The translations under genes were made by a program, and so were the position numbers. From positions 1 to 32,117 of the forward strand of contig CAYPTK010000004.1 of assembly GCA_964413555.1 (NCBI GenBank): a stretch of 32,117 nt of DNA, given 5' to 3'. This DNA comes from an uncultured Bacteroidales bacterium. GTDB lineage: Bacteria; Bacteroidota; Bacteroidia; Bacteroidales; JBBRXJ01. Below the pieces are notes generated by a model. That model saw nothing but the letters and a program-made list of their open reading frames with translations, had not been told where the DNA came from and ran no database searches. Shown one piece after another: positions 1 through 9,275 of the stretch. Each line of letters opens with the position of its first letter. Within the stretch, counting starts at the first letter, position 1.

Positions 1-636
1 ATACATGGGGTACAGTTCATCCCTGGCCTTTTCATAAAGTATGATATCTTTTTCATTGTAACGGGTTAACAGGTGCATGCTTTCATCATCATTCAGCAGT
101 TTTTGTTTTACATTATTTTTTTTGGCAACAATCCTTTTTTCATATTTCAAATCCAATGAACACGGGGAGATAATATCGAGTAATTTTAAAAACTCGTCGA
201 ATTGTTCTGTTAAGCCTGTTAACGCGTATTTTTGATTTAATAAATCAAATGCTTTACCTGGATCTGGTTCACCGGCAATCCGTTTTACCTGCATATTATG
301 GAATTTTTCATTTTTTATCCATTCAGTGAACGGGGTTTTAATATTTCCTCTTAACACGGCATCCTGGTAATACGAGGCACAGCGTTTTACAGGGTCACGC
401 AGAAGTGTAACAAACAATAAATTTTTATCTTTAAGATGTTTGGTGGGTTCAACCAAATTGTGGCCCGTCATACTTTTGATTCCCGGGAAAATTCTTTTTG
501 CAAAATCTAAATCCCTTTGTGTAAAAGGAGTTTTTTTAGTCTTTATGGTTTCACAATGGTGTATTGTATGACTGTTCCGGAGAATAAACTTAAGTGTTGT
601 CCCTGCTGTTTTTTCGATATGTACAAATACAATCAT
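1..636 (-). CDS. Sulfotransferase family-2-like protein, partial (N-terminal 212 codons; C-terminus lies beyond window start)
   Basis: Not in the ORF track because it runs off the window edge. My translation of the minus strand from ATG 636..634 gives MIVFVHIEKTAGTTLKFILRNSHTIHHCETIK...VTLLRDPVKRCASYYQD..., and the frame stays open to base 1. The HIxKTAGT loop matches the 5'-phosphosulfate (PAPS) binding loop of family-2 sulfotransferases. It lies 33 nt downstream of the glycosyltransferase gene on the same strand. Confidence 0.7.
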   Translation of the reverse strand, partial: MIVFVHIEKTAGTTLKFILRNSHTIHHCETIKTKKTPFTQRDLDFAKRIFPGIKSMTGHNLVEPTKHLKDKNLLFVTLLRDPVKRCASYYQDAVLRGNIKTPFTEWIKNEKFHNMQVKRIAGEPDPGKAFDLLNQKYALTGLTEQFDEFLKLLDIISPCSLDLKYEKRIVAKKNNVKQKLLNDDESMHLLTRYNEKDIILYEKARDELYPMY

Positions 637-669
637 TATATGGATGTAAAAAATGTTATAAATCGAGTG

Positions 670-1656
670 TTATTCTTCCATGAATAATTCTCCTTTTTGG
701 CTGGTGATAAGTGTTTTGGGTTGCTGTTTATTTAGTTTTTCGCCATTCATTATTTTTTCAAAAAGCAAAAGATATTGTTCTGTCATTTTACGGCCAGAAA
801 AAACATCGCGAATATATTCATGACATTTTTTTCGGTCGTATTGTCCAATGTATTGAATCGCGTTCACTAATTCATTTTTGCTGTTTGAGAGAAAGCCAAA
901 TTCAGAAGTTACGAGTTCTGGTAAAGATCCATATGGAGTTCCGAAGACAGGACAACCAAAATATAAACTCTCTAAAATAGCAAGGCCAAGGGGTTCATGC
1001 CATAAAACAGGGAATAATAACGCTTCGCCCTGTTGAAGGACCATGCTTTTTTTGGCACCGCCAATGAACCCGTGGTATTTAATGGATGGATTAAAATTTA
1101 ATTTTCGTCCCCCGATTACGGCAAGTTTTTTACCAGCCTTACCGGCAATTTCAATACACCCGGGGAGGTTTTTAACAGAACGGGATGCTTTGGCTAAAAA
1201 GATCAAATGTTTCCTGGGATAGTTGATCTCTACAGGGCCTAATTCTTCAAGGTCCAGGCCATTGTATACATATTGATCGGAATTATGTCGCTCCGCGTGG
1301 TTTTTTGAGACAAACACGGTGTTTAGATCAAAATGCTCCCCGGGTTTTCCATTTCCATGAACTGTTACCATGTATGGTTGTTTAATTTCAGGGTTGATTA
1401 CGGGGGAATGGAAGTGGACAAGATCAATATCCGCGGGTATTTGCCCGGCAAAAGGTTTTTTTTCATTATACGGGATTACTTGAGCAAAAGGACACGTTGA
1501 TCCTTTTTTCACCAGAAAAGAGACGGAATGACCCATATTCACCAGTTCTTTGCCCTGAATCCAAATATCCCGTTGTGTTCCGCCATAGTGCTTAACAGGT
1601 ATTTTCCCGTTTTTCTGAACAATAAGTATCTTCATTTGTTTATGTTTTCTGTTCAT
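670..1656 (-). CDS. GT-B fold glycosyltransferase (GT4/GT1-like)
   Basis: 328-aa ORF. The C-terminal segment HEPLGLAILESLYFGCPVFGTPYGSLPELV is the typical nucleotide-sugar-binding E-x7-E region of GT-B glycosyltransferases. The N-terminal MKILIVQ...GGTQR is typical of family 4. ATGA start/stop overlap with the upstream sulfotransferase at 1653..1656; alternative start (MKILIV) at 1635. Confidence 0.85.
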   Translation of the reverse strand: MNRKHKQMKILIVQKNGKIPVKHYGGTQRDIWIQGKELVNMGHSVSFLVKKGSTCPFAQVIPYNEKKPFAGQIPADIDLVHFHSPVINPEIKQPYMVTVHGNGKPGEHFDLNTVFVSKNHAERHNSDQYVYNGLDLEELGPVEINYPRKHLIFLAKASRSVKNLPGCIEIAGKAGKKLAVIGGRKLNFNPSIKYHGFIGGAKKSMVLQQGEALLFPVLWHEPLGLAILESLYFGCPVFGTPYGSLPELVTSEFGFLSNSKNELVNAIQYIGQYDRKKCHEYIRDVFSGRKMTEQYLLLFEKIMNGEKLNKQQPKTLITSQKGELFMEE

Positions 1657-2420
1657 GAATATCCCAATTCATAAAGCAATTGTTTAGCTTCTTCATTTTT
1701 CATGAATTCTTCTATTCTTTCAGTATTTTCTGGCAATTTCCATTTTCCAACCGAAGATTTAAAAAGGTCCTGAACAGACGACGACCATGCATTGCTTTTT
1801 CGGATTTTTGAATTTTGATGCCAGTTTATTAATTCTTCTGTTCGGGGTTCTCCTGTAAATGTACATATTTGATTTATTGTTTGTTGGAATTTAAATACCA
1901 GGTTTTCGTAATAAATGGTTAATACATTGGGGTGGCCTATATATTTTAATCCCATTTTAACATCATGTACCCATCTCTCGGGAGACACCCAATAATCATG
2001 ATGATCCGGGTGTTTAGAGAGGATAACATCTCTTCCGTCCCGGATAATATGTATGAATTTAACATGATTGGAATAGTATTTAAAAATCGTTTCAAGGTGT
2101 CTTACATTCCGGGGTGTTTTTTCGCACCACCTTTTGGCAGACGAGGGGATGCGGGACAAGAGGATACTCCGGTACAGGCGGTACAGGCGTATTGGCTCGG
2201 ATTCATTATTTTTGTTTTGCTTCCAATAATTGAAAACACCAAGCTCGTTAGGATAGCAAAAGATATGAGGGTGCGCGGACAAAATTGACAGGAGCAACGT
2301 GGTTCCTGATCGTGCACAACCACCTATTAATATTGGAGAAGATGAAAACGCTCTCGTTTCTTTTTTTTTGCCCAAATAGATGATTAAGGGAGAAATAATT
2401 TGTTTGTAACGAGCTACCAT
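1653..2420 (-). CDS. Sulfotransferase, TPST/RaxST-like (Sulfotransfer_3-type)
   Basis: 255-aa ORF. 5'-PSB loop GGCARSGTTLLLSILSAHPHI, 3'-PB segment IHIIRDGRDVILS, then YYENLV...SSVGKWK...LGYS. This is the same motif order I recall for tyrosylprotein sulfotransferases (GGVPRSGTTLM / VRDGRA / YYEQLV / SKW / LGY). Confidence 0.8.
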   Translation of the reverse strand: MVARYKQIISPLIIYLGKKKETRAFSSSPILIGGCARSGTTLLLSILSAHPHIFCYPNELGVFNYWKQNKNNESEPIRLYRLYRSILLSRIPSSAKRWCEKTPRNVRHLETIFKYYSNHVKFIHIIRDGRDVILSKHPDHHDYWVSPERWVHDVKMGLKYIGHPNVLTIYYENLVFKFQQTINQICTFTGEPRTEELINWHQNSKIRKSNAWSSSVQDLFKSSVGKWKLPENTERIEEFMKNEEAKQLLYELGYS

Positions 2421-2443
2421 TTATTATGTTTATGAATTAGTGA

Positions 2444-4252
2444 TCAATCAAATTGTTTGTCGTGTAAATGTTTAAATAAACCGTTTTGGTCTAATAATTC
2501 CTGGTATTTACCTCTTTCAACGATTTCCCCGTCCTTCATGACCAGGATCAGGTCTGCTTTCATGATAGTAGAAAGCCGGTGTGCAATGACAATAGAAGTC
2601 CGATGCTTCATTAGATTGAAAATAGCATTTTGAACGAGTTTTTCAGATTCACTGTCTAAAGAAGAGGTTGCTTCGTCCATGATAAGAATAGGTGGATTGT
2701 TAAGGATTGCCCGGGCGATGGTGACCCGTTGGCGTTGCCCCCCGGATAACTTAATGCCCCTGTCGCCAACATTGGTTTGGTATCCTCGTGCCATTTGAAC
2801 GATAAAATCATGTGCATTTGCTACTTTGGCCGCTTCAATAACATCAGATTCATTTACATCATTTAGTCCAAAAGCAATGTTATTGTACACTGTATCGTTA
2901 AATAATATAGCTTCCTGGCTGACAATGCCGATCATTTTTCTAATACAATGTTTTTTAAAATGTTGTAATGGAACCCCGTCAAAATAAATGGCCCCTCGTG
3001 TTACATCATAAAACCTGGGGAGCAGATCGGCAAGGGTTGACTTTCCTGCCCCTGAAGGGCCAACCAATGCAATGGTTTGGCCTTTATTAATTTCAAAATT
3101 TATATTTTTTAATACATCCGTATCCGTGTATTTAAAATACACTTGATCATATTTTATCGTGTGATGGAATTCTTTAATAGGCTTTGCATCGGGGATGTCT
3201 TTTATGGGATTTTCAATATCAAGGATTTCTTTGATCCTGTCGTATGAAGCAATGCCTTTTTGAATATCATAATACAATGTAGAAAGTCCTTTGGCAGGGT
3301 TCAGTACCTGTGAAAAGATTACCAGGTAACCTATCAATGCACCGGGTGTTAATGCTCCTGTACCTGACAATACTATTTTTCCTCCAAAATACATGATCAT
3401 TACAATCACGATTGTTCCAAGGAGTTCGCTGACAGGATGAGCTAAAATACGGCGACGCTCAATTTTTTTCATAAGCCTGGTAAACAAATGATTGTTTTTT
3501 TTAAAATGTCGAGTGGAATGTGTTTCTGCATTAAATGCTTTGATAATACGGATGCCAAACAATGTTTCTTCAATATAAGAGATGATAGTACCTAATACGC
3601 GTTGTCCTTTGAGTGATTTGCTTCTTAGTGTTTTCCCAATACGCCCGATGGTAAACCCGGCGACCGGTAACACGGCCAGGACAAACAATGTTAATCGTGT
3701 ACTCATGAAAAACAGGGAATACATGTAAACTATGATCATGATCGGGTTTTTGATCAGGGTATGGATGCTCCTGACAAGAAACATTTGAACTTGCTGAATA
3801 TCACCACTCATCCTGCTGATAATGTCCCCTTTTTTTTCTTCCGAGAAATAAGAAAGAGGAAGATAAATGATTTTGTGATACAACGTGTTTCGAATATCAC
3901 GGATGATGTTGAACTTCATGGAAGCCATTGTATATCGCGCGGTGTACATAAACCCGGATTTAAAAAGAACCATGACAACAACAACAATACTTACAAATAA
4001 AAGGGCTGCTTCTCCACCACGTTCTGTAATGATTTTGCTTAATAAATAGTAAAAATTGGTTTTTAATGCATCTACAGAGAGTTCAAAAGGAACGGGCTCG
4101 AGAATCATTTCCTGTTTTTTGAATAATATATTTAAAAAAGGAATGATCATGGTGATCGAAAACAATGAAAAAAGGGTACTGAATATATTGGATAAAATGC
4201 TCACCAATAGTTTTCCCCAGTACGGGACAATATATTTGAAAAAATCAATCAT
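2444..4252 (-). CDS. ABC exporter, fused permease/ATPase (MsbA-like)
   Basis: 602-aa ORF with an N-terminal multi-TM domain and a C-terminal NBD. Walker A GPSGAGKST, signature LSGGQRQR, Walker B ILIMDEATSSLD, H-loop IAHRLST. No N-terminal C39 peptidase domain. 23 nt upstream of the TPST-like gene and 20 nt downstream of purB. Confidence 0.9.
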   Translation of the reverse strand: MIDFFKYIVPYWGKLLVSILSNIFSTLFSLFSITMIIPFLNILFKKQEMILEPVPFELSVDALKTNFYYLLSKIITERGGEAALLFVSIVVVVMVLFKSGFMYTARYTMASMKFNIIRDIRNTLYHKIIYLPLSYFSEEKKGDIISRMSGDIQQVQMFLVRSIHTLIKNPIMIIVYMYSLFFMSTRLTLFVLAVLPVAGFTIGRIGKTLRSKSLKGQRVLGTIISYIEETLFGIRIIKAFNAETHSTRHFKKNNHLFTRLMKKIERRRILAHPVSELLGTIVIVMIMYFGGKIVLSGTGALTPGALIGYLVIFSQVLNPAKGLSTLYYDIQKGIASYDRIKEILDIENPIKDIPDAKPIKEFHHTIKYDQVYFKYTDTDVLKNINFEINKGQTIALVGPSGAGKSTLADLLPRFYDVTRGAIYFDGVPLQHFKKHCIRKMIGIVSQEAILFNDTVYNNIAFGLNDVNESDVIEAAKVANAHDFIVQMARGYQTNVGDRGIKLSGGQRQRVTIARAILNNPPILIMDEATSSLDSESEKLVQNAIFNLMKHRTSIVIAHRLSTIMKADLILVMKDGEIVERGKYQELLDQNGLFKHLHDKQFD

Positions 4253-4272
4253 TAATTAAAGCTGTTAAACGA

Positions 4273-5625
4273 CTAAGTAAGGTCTATTCCCGTGTAGTTG
4301 TGCGGTGTGAGTGATTTTAATTTATTTTTTGTTTCAGGGGATATATCGAGATTATCTATAAATTGGATAATGTTTTCTTTTGTAAATTTATTGTTTGTTC
4401 TGCTTATATTTTTAAGCATTTCATAGGGATTCGCGATCCCTTCTTTTCTTAGAATTGTTTGAATGGCTTCTGTTACAACCCCCCAGTTATCATTAAGGTC
4501 CTGGTCTATTTTTTCTTTATTGACCAGAAGTTTATCAAGTCCCTTTAATAAAGATTTGATAGCAAGCAGGGTGTGCGAAAAAGGAACGCCTATATTCCGC
4601 GATACTGTCGAATCAGTCAGATCACGTTGCAAACGTGAAATGGGGATTTTAGCAGAAATATGTTCAAACAAGCTGTTTGCAATACCAAGGTTGCCTTCTG
4701 AATTTTCAAAATCAATAGGATTCACTTTATGAGGCATGGTGGATGATCCTACTTCGTCTTTTTTAATTTTTTGTTTAAAATATTCCATGGATATATAGGT
4801 CCAGAAATCACGGTCTATGTCAATCAGTATATTATTAACCCGTTTCATGGCATCACAAATAGCTGCAAGATGGTCATAATGATCTATTTGGGTTGTTGTT
4901 TTCGATCTGGTCAAACCCAGGATATCGTTGACAAAATGATCTGCAAATTCAATCCAGTCTATTTCCGGGTAAGCAAAATGATGTGCATTGAAATTTCCAG
5001 TGGCACCACCGAATTTTGCTGAAACCGGTGTTTGTTTTAATAATTTTACCTGCTCTTCAATACGTTCACGGAATACTTTTATTTCCTTCCCTAATTTTGT
5101 GGGAGAAGCAGGTTGGCCATGAGTATGGGCCAGCATAGAAAATTCTTTCCAGGAATATATTTTATTGTTTAATACTTCTGTTAATTTTGAAATGGCAGGA
5201 TAATAGACTTCTTCCAGTGCATCTTTTAAAGACAATGGGATGGCCGTGTTATTGACATCCTGGGAAGTCAGGCCGAAATGGATAAATTCTTTGTATTGGC
5301 CAAAACCGGTTGCCTCAAATCGTGTTTTAAGATAATATTCAACAGCTTTTACATCATGGTTTGTTGTTTTTTCAATATCCTTTACTTTTCGTGCTTCTTC
5401 TGGAGTAAAATCCATGTAAATTTTCCTGAGTGTTTTTGTTTGATTTTCATCAAATTGAGACAATTGAGGTAATGGAATATTGCTCAAGGCAATAAAATAC
5501 TCTATCTCTATTTTAATCCTGTATTTGATTAAAGCAAATTCAGAAAAAAAATGTTCCAGTTCATTGACTTTGTTTCTGTATCTGCCGTCAATGGGAGAAA
5601 TTGCTGTTAAGTTACTCAATATCAT
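4273..5625 (-). CDS. purB: Adenylosuccinate lyase
   Basis: 450-aa ORF with the fumarate-lyase superfamily signature GSSTMPHKVNP. N-terminal LTAISPIDGRYRNK and overall length are typical of PurB. Confidence 0.95.
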   Translation of the reverse strand: MILSNLTAISPIDGRYRNKVNELEHFFSEFALIKYRIKIEIEYFIALSNIPLPQLSQFDENQTKTLRKIYMDFTPEEARKVKDIEKTTNHDVKAVEYYLKTRFEATGFGQYKEFIHFGLTSQDVNNTAIPLSLKDALEEVYYPAISKLTEVLNNKIYSWKEFSMLAHTHGQPASPTKLGKEIKVFRERIEEQVKLLKQTPVSAKFGGATGNFNAHHFAYPEIDWIEFADHFVNDILGLTRSKTTTQIDHYDHLAAICDAMKRVNNILIDIDRDFWTYISMEYFKQKIKKDEVGSSTMPHKVNPIDFENSEGNLGIANSLFEHISAKIPISRLQRDLTDSTVSRNIGVPFSHTLLAIKSLLKGLDKLLVNKEKIDQDLNDNWGVVTEAIQTILRKEGIANPYEMLKNISRTNNKFTKENIIQFIDNLDISPETKNKLKSLTPHNYTGIDLT

Positions 5626-5751
5626 TATACTGTTTTTTGGTAGTGAAAGGCAAAAGTAGAAAAAAAAGAGAATGAATATTTATAAATCGGGAATTTATTC
5701 CGGCTATAACAAGGAATAATTTTTTATCGTTATAATTTATCTTGGTGATGT

Positions 5752-6516
5752 TTAGAAGGGTAAAACCCCTACGCCTATCTTGAGCATTAGCCAATTCATG
5801 TATAATAACCGTTTAGCAGAAGCATGTCTGATTTTATCATCTTCATATGATTTAAAGCTTCCAATGGGAAGATGACTTCCAATGGAATAACGGAAAAATA
5901 CAGCATCTTTAATAATCCGTTGGTTTCCATATTCAAGCGTAAAAACAAAATCAGAATATGAATCTTCATATCTTATTTTATTGATAGATGTAGCTTCATC
6001 TTCAACATCCTCATAAATATCATTTACATTATCAATAATTGGCATATATGTTAATAGAGAAGCGCCTAATTTAAAATAAGTCCCCATTGGAGATAAATAT
6101 TTATCGAATATTTTTATACTAGGCCCTATTTCAAAAGCACTTACAGGAAAATAATAACTAGGATTAAATGATTCCCCATAATCATCTACCTTATAATATA
6201 AATAAGATTCAGAAAGGTCTACACCTGTTTTGTAGAAAACCGCATCTAACCCAATACTTGTTCTACGCGATATAGTATAAAAAATGTTGAATGAATGACG
6301 TTTATTTAAAGGCCATGATGTTTGGGTTATAGCATCATTATCATAAGAAGCTAAAGCCTGATACCCTTTGGCATTAGGATTGAATGCTGCTAGAAAAAAG
6401 CTCAGGTCATAATTTATTTCAAATCGTTTCCCTAAATAACCCGGAGGTTGTTGACTAAATATGGAAATTGGTATAACAAAGAAAAAACTTATTAAAATGA
6501 ATTGCTTTACTTTCAT
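5752..6516 (-). CDS. Hypothetical secreted protein, putative outer-membrane beta-barrel
   Basis: The ORF track starts at a GTG (6552). The ATG at 6516 gives MKVKQFILISFFFVIPISIFSQ, a clean signal peptide. The sequence shows alternating hydrophobic/aromatic-rich strands and a C-terminal ...IGVGVLPF (terminal Phe, common in OMP barrels). No recognisable family. Confidence 0.55.
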   Translation of the reverse strand: MKVKQFILISFFFVIPISIFSQQPPGYLGKRFEINYDLSFFLAAFNPNAKGYQALASYDNDAITQTSWPLNKRHSFNIFYTISRRTSIGLDAVFYKTGVDLSESYLYYKVDDYGESFNPSYYFPVSAFEIGPSIKIFDKYLSPMGTYFKLGASLLTYMPIIDNVNDIYEDVEDEATSINKIRYEDSYSDFVFTLEYGNQRIIKDAVFFRYSIGSHLPIGSFKSYEDDKIRHASAKRLLYMNWLMLKIGVGVLPF

Positions 6517-6551
6517 ATTTATGGTTTTTTTAATTTTTATATGATAATACA

Positions 6552-8516
6552 CTATCGAGTTGAAGATGTTTGATAAAAATAATCGTAAATAATGGATTTT
6601 AAATGATCATTTGCATCACTAGAACTTGAAAAGGAATTAAAATCTCTAAACAATTTACCATTATTTTCATCTTGATGAATATCATAAAGGAAATAAGCAA
6701 AATATAAATTATGCTGGGATTTAATAAAATCATCGATTAAAAAGGGGAGTGTAATCCCAAATGAAATAATAGCATAATAAACTTCCAGAGAAGACACATT
6801 ATTATCAATTTTATTATAATATGTTGTCCATAGGAAATGACTTGTATTATATGTATCTTCTAAATCAGAAATGAATGGTTTCTGGCTGGATAAGAATGTA
6901 ATATAAGGGCTACGTTGATTGTATAATTCATTATGCCATTGTTGCAAACGTGAATAATTATTATAATCGTTTACTTGTTCAGGTCTTAATGTAAGAGGAT
7001 GTATTGTTTCGATTGAAAATCCTTTAATTTTATTAGCGCAAAAATTCAATAATTCAAAAAATTCAAGACGGCGGTTTTCAGATTTATGGTATTTCAGTTT
7101 ATAATTATCATCATCCTTTATATCTAGTCGGTAATGAAAAGGATTTACAATAACTACTTTATTTATACCTAAAGCCTGTCCTTTCTTTTTGATTAATTTT
7201 TTTTCATTTTCTTTTTTCTCTTTTTCTTTTTGTAAGTTTTCACCTAAATTTTTTTTATCTTCTTCTGCTTCACTTTTTTTTCGTATTTCAACAAAGTTTT
7301 CAAACTTATTGGTAAATTCTTCATCTTTAAAAAGGCTCACGAAAGTAAATTTATGGAATGCTTTATTGGTCGTTAATTCTTCAATTTCTTTCTTTTTTGC
7401 AATTTTTTCATATTTGCTTAATGATTCTGAGGCAGTTTTTGAAGTATCAGTTGTCTCCAGCAGTTCTTTTTGTGTTTGTTTGAAATAATCGCCATCATCT
7501 ATTTTGTTATGCAATACCAATTCTTTTAAAGATGAATCTGCCAATTCTTGTAAATATTCATTTTCAGGATGTTCATTTGAAAGCTCCCAATTATATCGCA
7601 CAGCAATGCTGGCAAGTTCTACTGGTTCTAATTTATTGATAAAATAATATAATGGTTGTGATGAGCCTTCAATTTCATTATAATCTATAAATTCGAAAAG
7701 GTTCTTGTACTTTTTTTCTTCATATTTATGAGAACCATATGTATATTCATGTATGTTTTCGGCTGTATCTATGTTGTGGATAAAATTTTTATGCTTAGCC
7801 AAAGCATATAATGAGTATCCCAATGATCGTTGTAAATAATCATTATCCGGATCGTCCTGTAGTAACATATAAGCGCCATAAGCGCTTTTATAATAGTCTC
7901 TTTCAATGACATATAGGTTTATCAATTCATGTCTGGCAATTTTCCTTATGAGGTAAAAAGTTTCTTCACTAACAATAAATTCTTCACCGGATTTACCCTT
8001 TTTTTCTAATAAGCTTTCAAGGGATTCTATCCTTTTTCTAATGTTTGGATGAGTGCTTTTTGAGTCGTCATATTCTTCAACATTTATACTATTTATTTCT
8101 TCTAATTTGAGTTTATCCGGAAATTTGTAATCTTCTCTTTCCAAAAAGGATAAGTTAAATTCAATTTGATCAAACGGGAGGTAAGAATATTTTAAAATAT
8201 TCATTGCTCCAATAGATTCGAAGCTGGAATAGTTGGTTTTTAATATATCTTCAAGTGCTTTTTCATCGGCTTTTTTTTCTTGGATTTTGGAAAAACTAAA
8301 ATACGCTTTTTCCCTATCTGATGTGTTGATGTCTTCATAATCATCCTCACTTTCTATTATATCTTGTTTTTCAAGATAGGCATCAAGTAAGTGGTCATTT
8401 TTATAATGATTGATTTCATGAGCTAAGATATATGCCAATTGAGCTTCATTTTCAAGTTGAGCAATTAATCCAATATTGACAAAGATTTTGCCTCCGGGGT
8501 GAATAAATGTATTCAC
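6552..8516 (-). CDS. M48-family zinc metallopeptidase with long C-terminal extension (largest intact ORF of an interrupted gene)
   Basis: 654-aa ORF beginning at a GTG. NTFIHPGGKIFVNIGLIAQLENEAQLAYILAHEINHYKNDH matches the M48 pattern (NAF..PGG.I.V..GLL......ELA.VLAHE..H) including HExxH. As tracked it has no signal peptide; see the pseudogene entry. Confidence 0.8.
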   Translation of the reverse strand: MNTFIHPGGKIFVNIGLIAQLENEAQLAYILAHEINHYKNDHLLDAYLEKQDIIESEDDYEDINTSDREKAYFSFSKIQEKKADEKALEDILKTNYSSFESIGAMNILKYSYLPFDQIEFNLSFLEREDYKFPDKLKLEEINSINVEEYDDSKSTHPNIRKRIESLESLLEKKGKSGEEFIVSEETFYLIRKIARHELINLYVIERDYYKSAYGAYMLLQDDPDNDYLQRSLGYSLYALAKHKNFIHNIDTAENIHEYTYGSHKYEEKKYKNLFEFIDYNEIEGSSQPLYYFINKLEPVELASIAVRYNWELSNEHPENEYLQELADSSLKELVLHNKIDDGDYFKQTQKELLETTDTSKTASESLSKYEKIAKKKEIEELTTNKAFHKFTFVSLFKDEEFTNKFENFVEIRKKSEAEEDKKNLGENLQKEKEKKENEKKLIKKKGQALGINKVVIVNPFHYRLDIKDDDNYKLKYHKSENRRLEFFELLNFCANKIKGFSIETIHPLTLRPEQVNDYNNYSRLQQWHNELYNQRSPYITFLSSQKPFISDLEDTYNTSHFLWTTYYNKIDNNVSSLEVYYAIISFGITLPFLIDDFIKSQHNLYFAYFLYDIHQDENNGKLFRDFNSFSSSSDANDHLKSIIYDYFYQTSSTR

Positions 8517-8879
8517 TGAAGGGTCTTTTGAAGTATAAATAGATATTTTTTTTCTTAAAGAAGGGTCATTTTTGTAAATTTCGTCTGCTACTGCCCGTAT
8601 ATAATTGGTTACCTGATCGCCAAATACTACGTTACCGCCACAGAAAATCCGGTTTAAAAAATAGCTGCTTTTGTTATAGAATTCTTTTTCGTATTCTGCA
8701 TCCCTTCCACGTTAAAATTTGGGGTTGTACTTATTGACTTTTTTTTCGGCAGAAGTGTAAAATTCTTGGGGTATATTCCCTTTTGAAGCTAAAGGGGTAT
8801 AATTATTAAAATTTATTTCTTGTGATATAACAACAGCACAATAGATATGAACAATAGCTAATAATTTTATTTTTTTCAT
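6552..8879 (-). pseudogene. Full-length M48 peptidase reading frame (775 sense codons) interrupted by a single in-frame TAA at 8714..8712
   Basis: My translation upstream of the tracked ORF: ATG 8879..8877 gives MKKIKLLAIVHIYCAVVISQEINFNNYTPLASKGNIPQEFYTSAEKKVNKYNPKF, then TAA. It continues in the same frame as RGRDAEYEKEFYNKSSYFLNRIFCGGNVVFGDQVTNYIRAVADEIYKNDPSLRKKISIYTSKDPSVNTFIHPGG... Offsets 8879-8714=165 and 8714-8516=198 are both multiples of 3. 121 otherwise stop-free codons in AT-rich DNA argue for one gene. Confidence 0.7.
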
Positions 8880-9275
8880 ACAAGTAAATTTTTTCAGTTC
8901 ATTAAAAAAATATAACGATTTTATGATTTATTTACAAAAATATAAAAAAAATTAAAATTTCCTGAAATAAGCATAGGAATACGAATTTTATGGAGTCTCG
9001 TATCATTGATACAACCTGCTTATAATAAGCAAAAGGTTGACCTGACATTATTTTAATAAATATGGTAACACATAGTAAAATATGGGATGAACCGAGCTGT
9101 GACAAATACTTTGACACACTCACCAGATGATTATTTTAATGTCATTAAGTGCTATATAGTTAGAAAATTACAAGATCATGGCGCAATCTATCTGAACATT
9201 GAACTAAGCGAAGTATAAACGAAGGGAATAAAAAAAAATTTAATAAGAAGAATATGATGTGTTGTATTAAAGATA

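Noticed and set aside
5612-5794. 60-aa minus-strand ORF bridging purB and the beta-barrel gene.
   Set aside because: It overlaps the ends of both supported genes in different frames and has no signal or motif.
8932-9123. 63-aa ORF in the long spacer upstream of the M48 gene.
   Set aside because: It has AT-rich, hydrophobic low-complexity sequence (ends ...FQEILIFFIFL), no recognisable start context and no motif. It overlaps the expected M48 promoter region.
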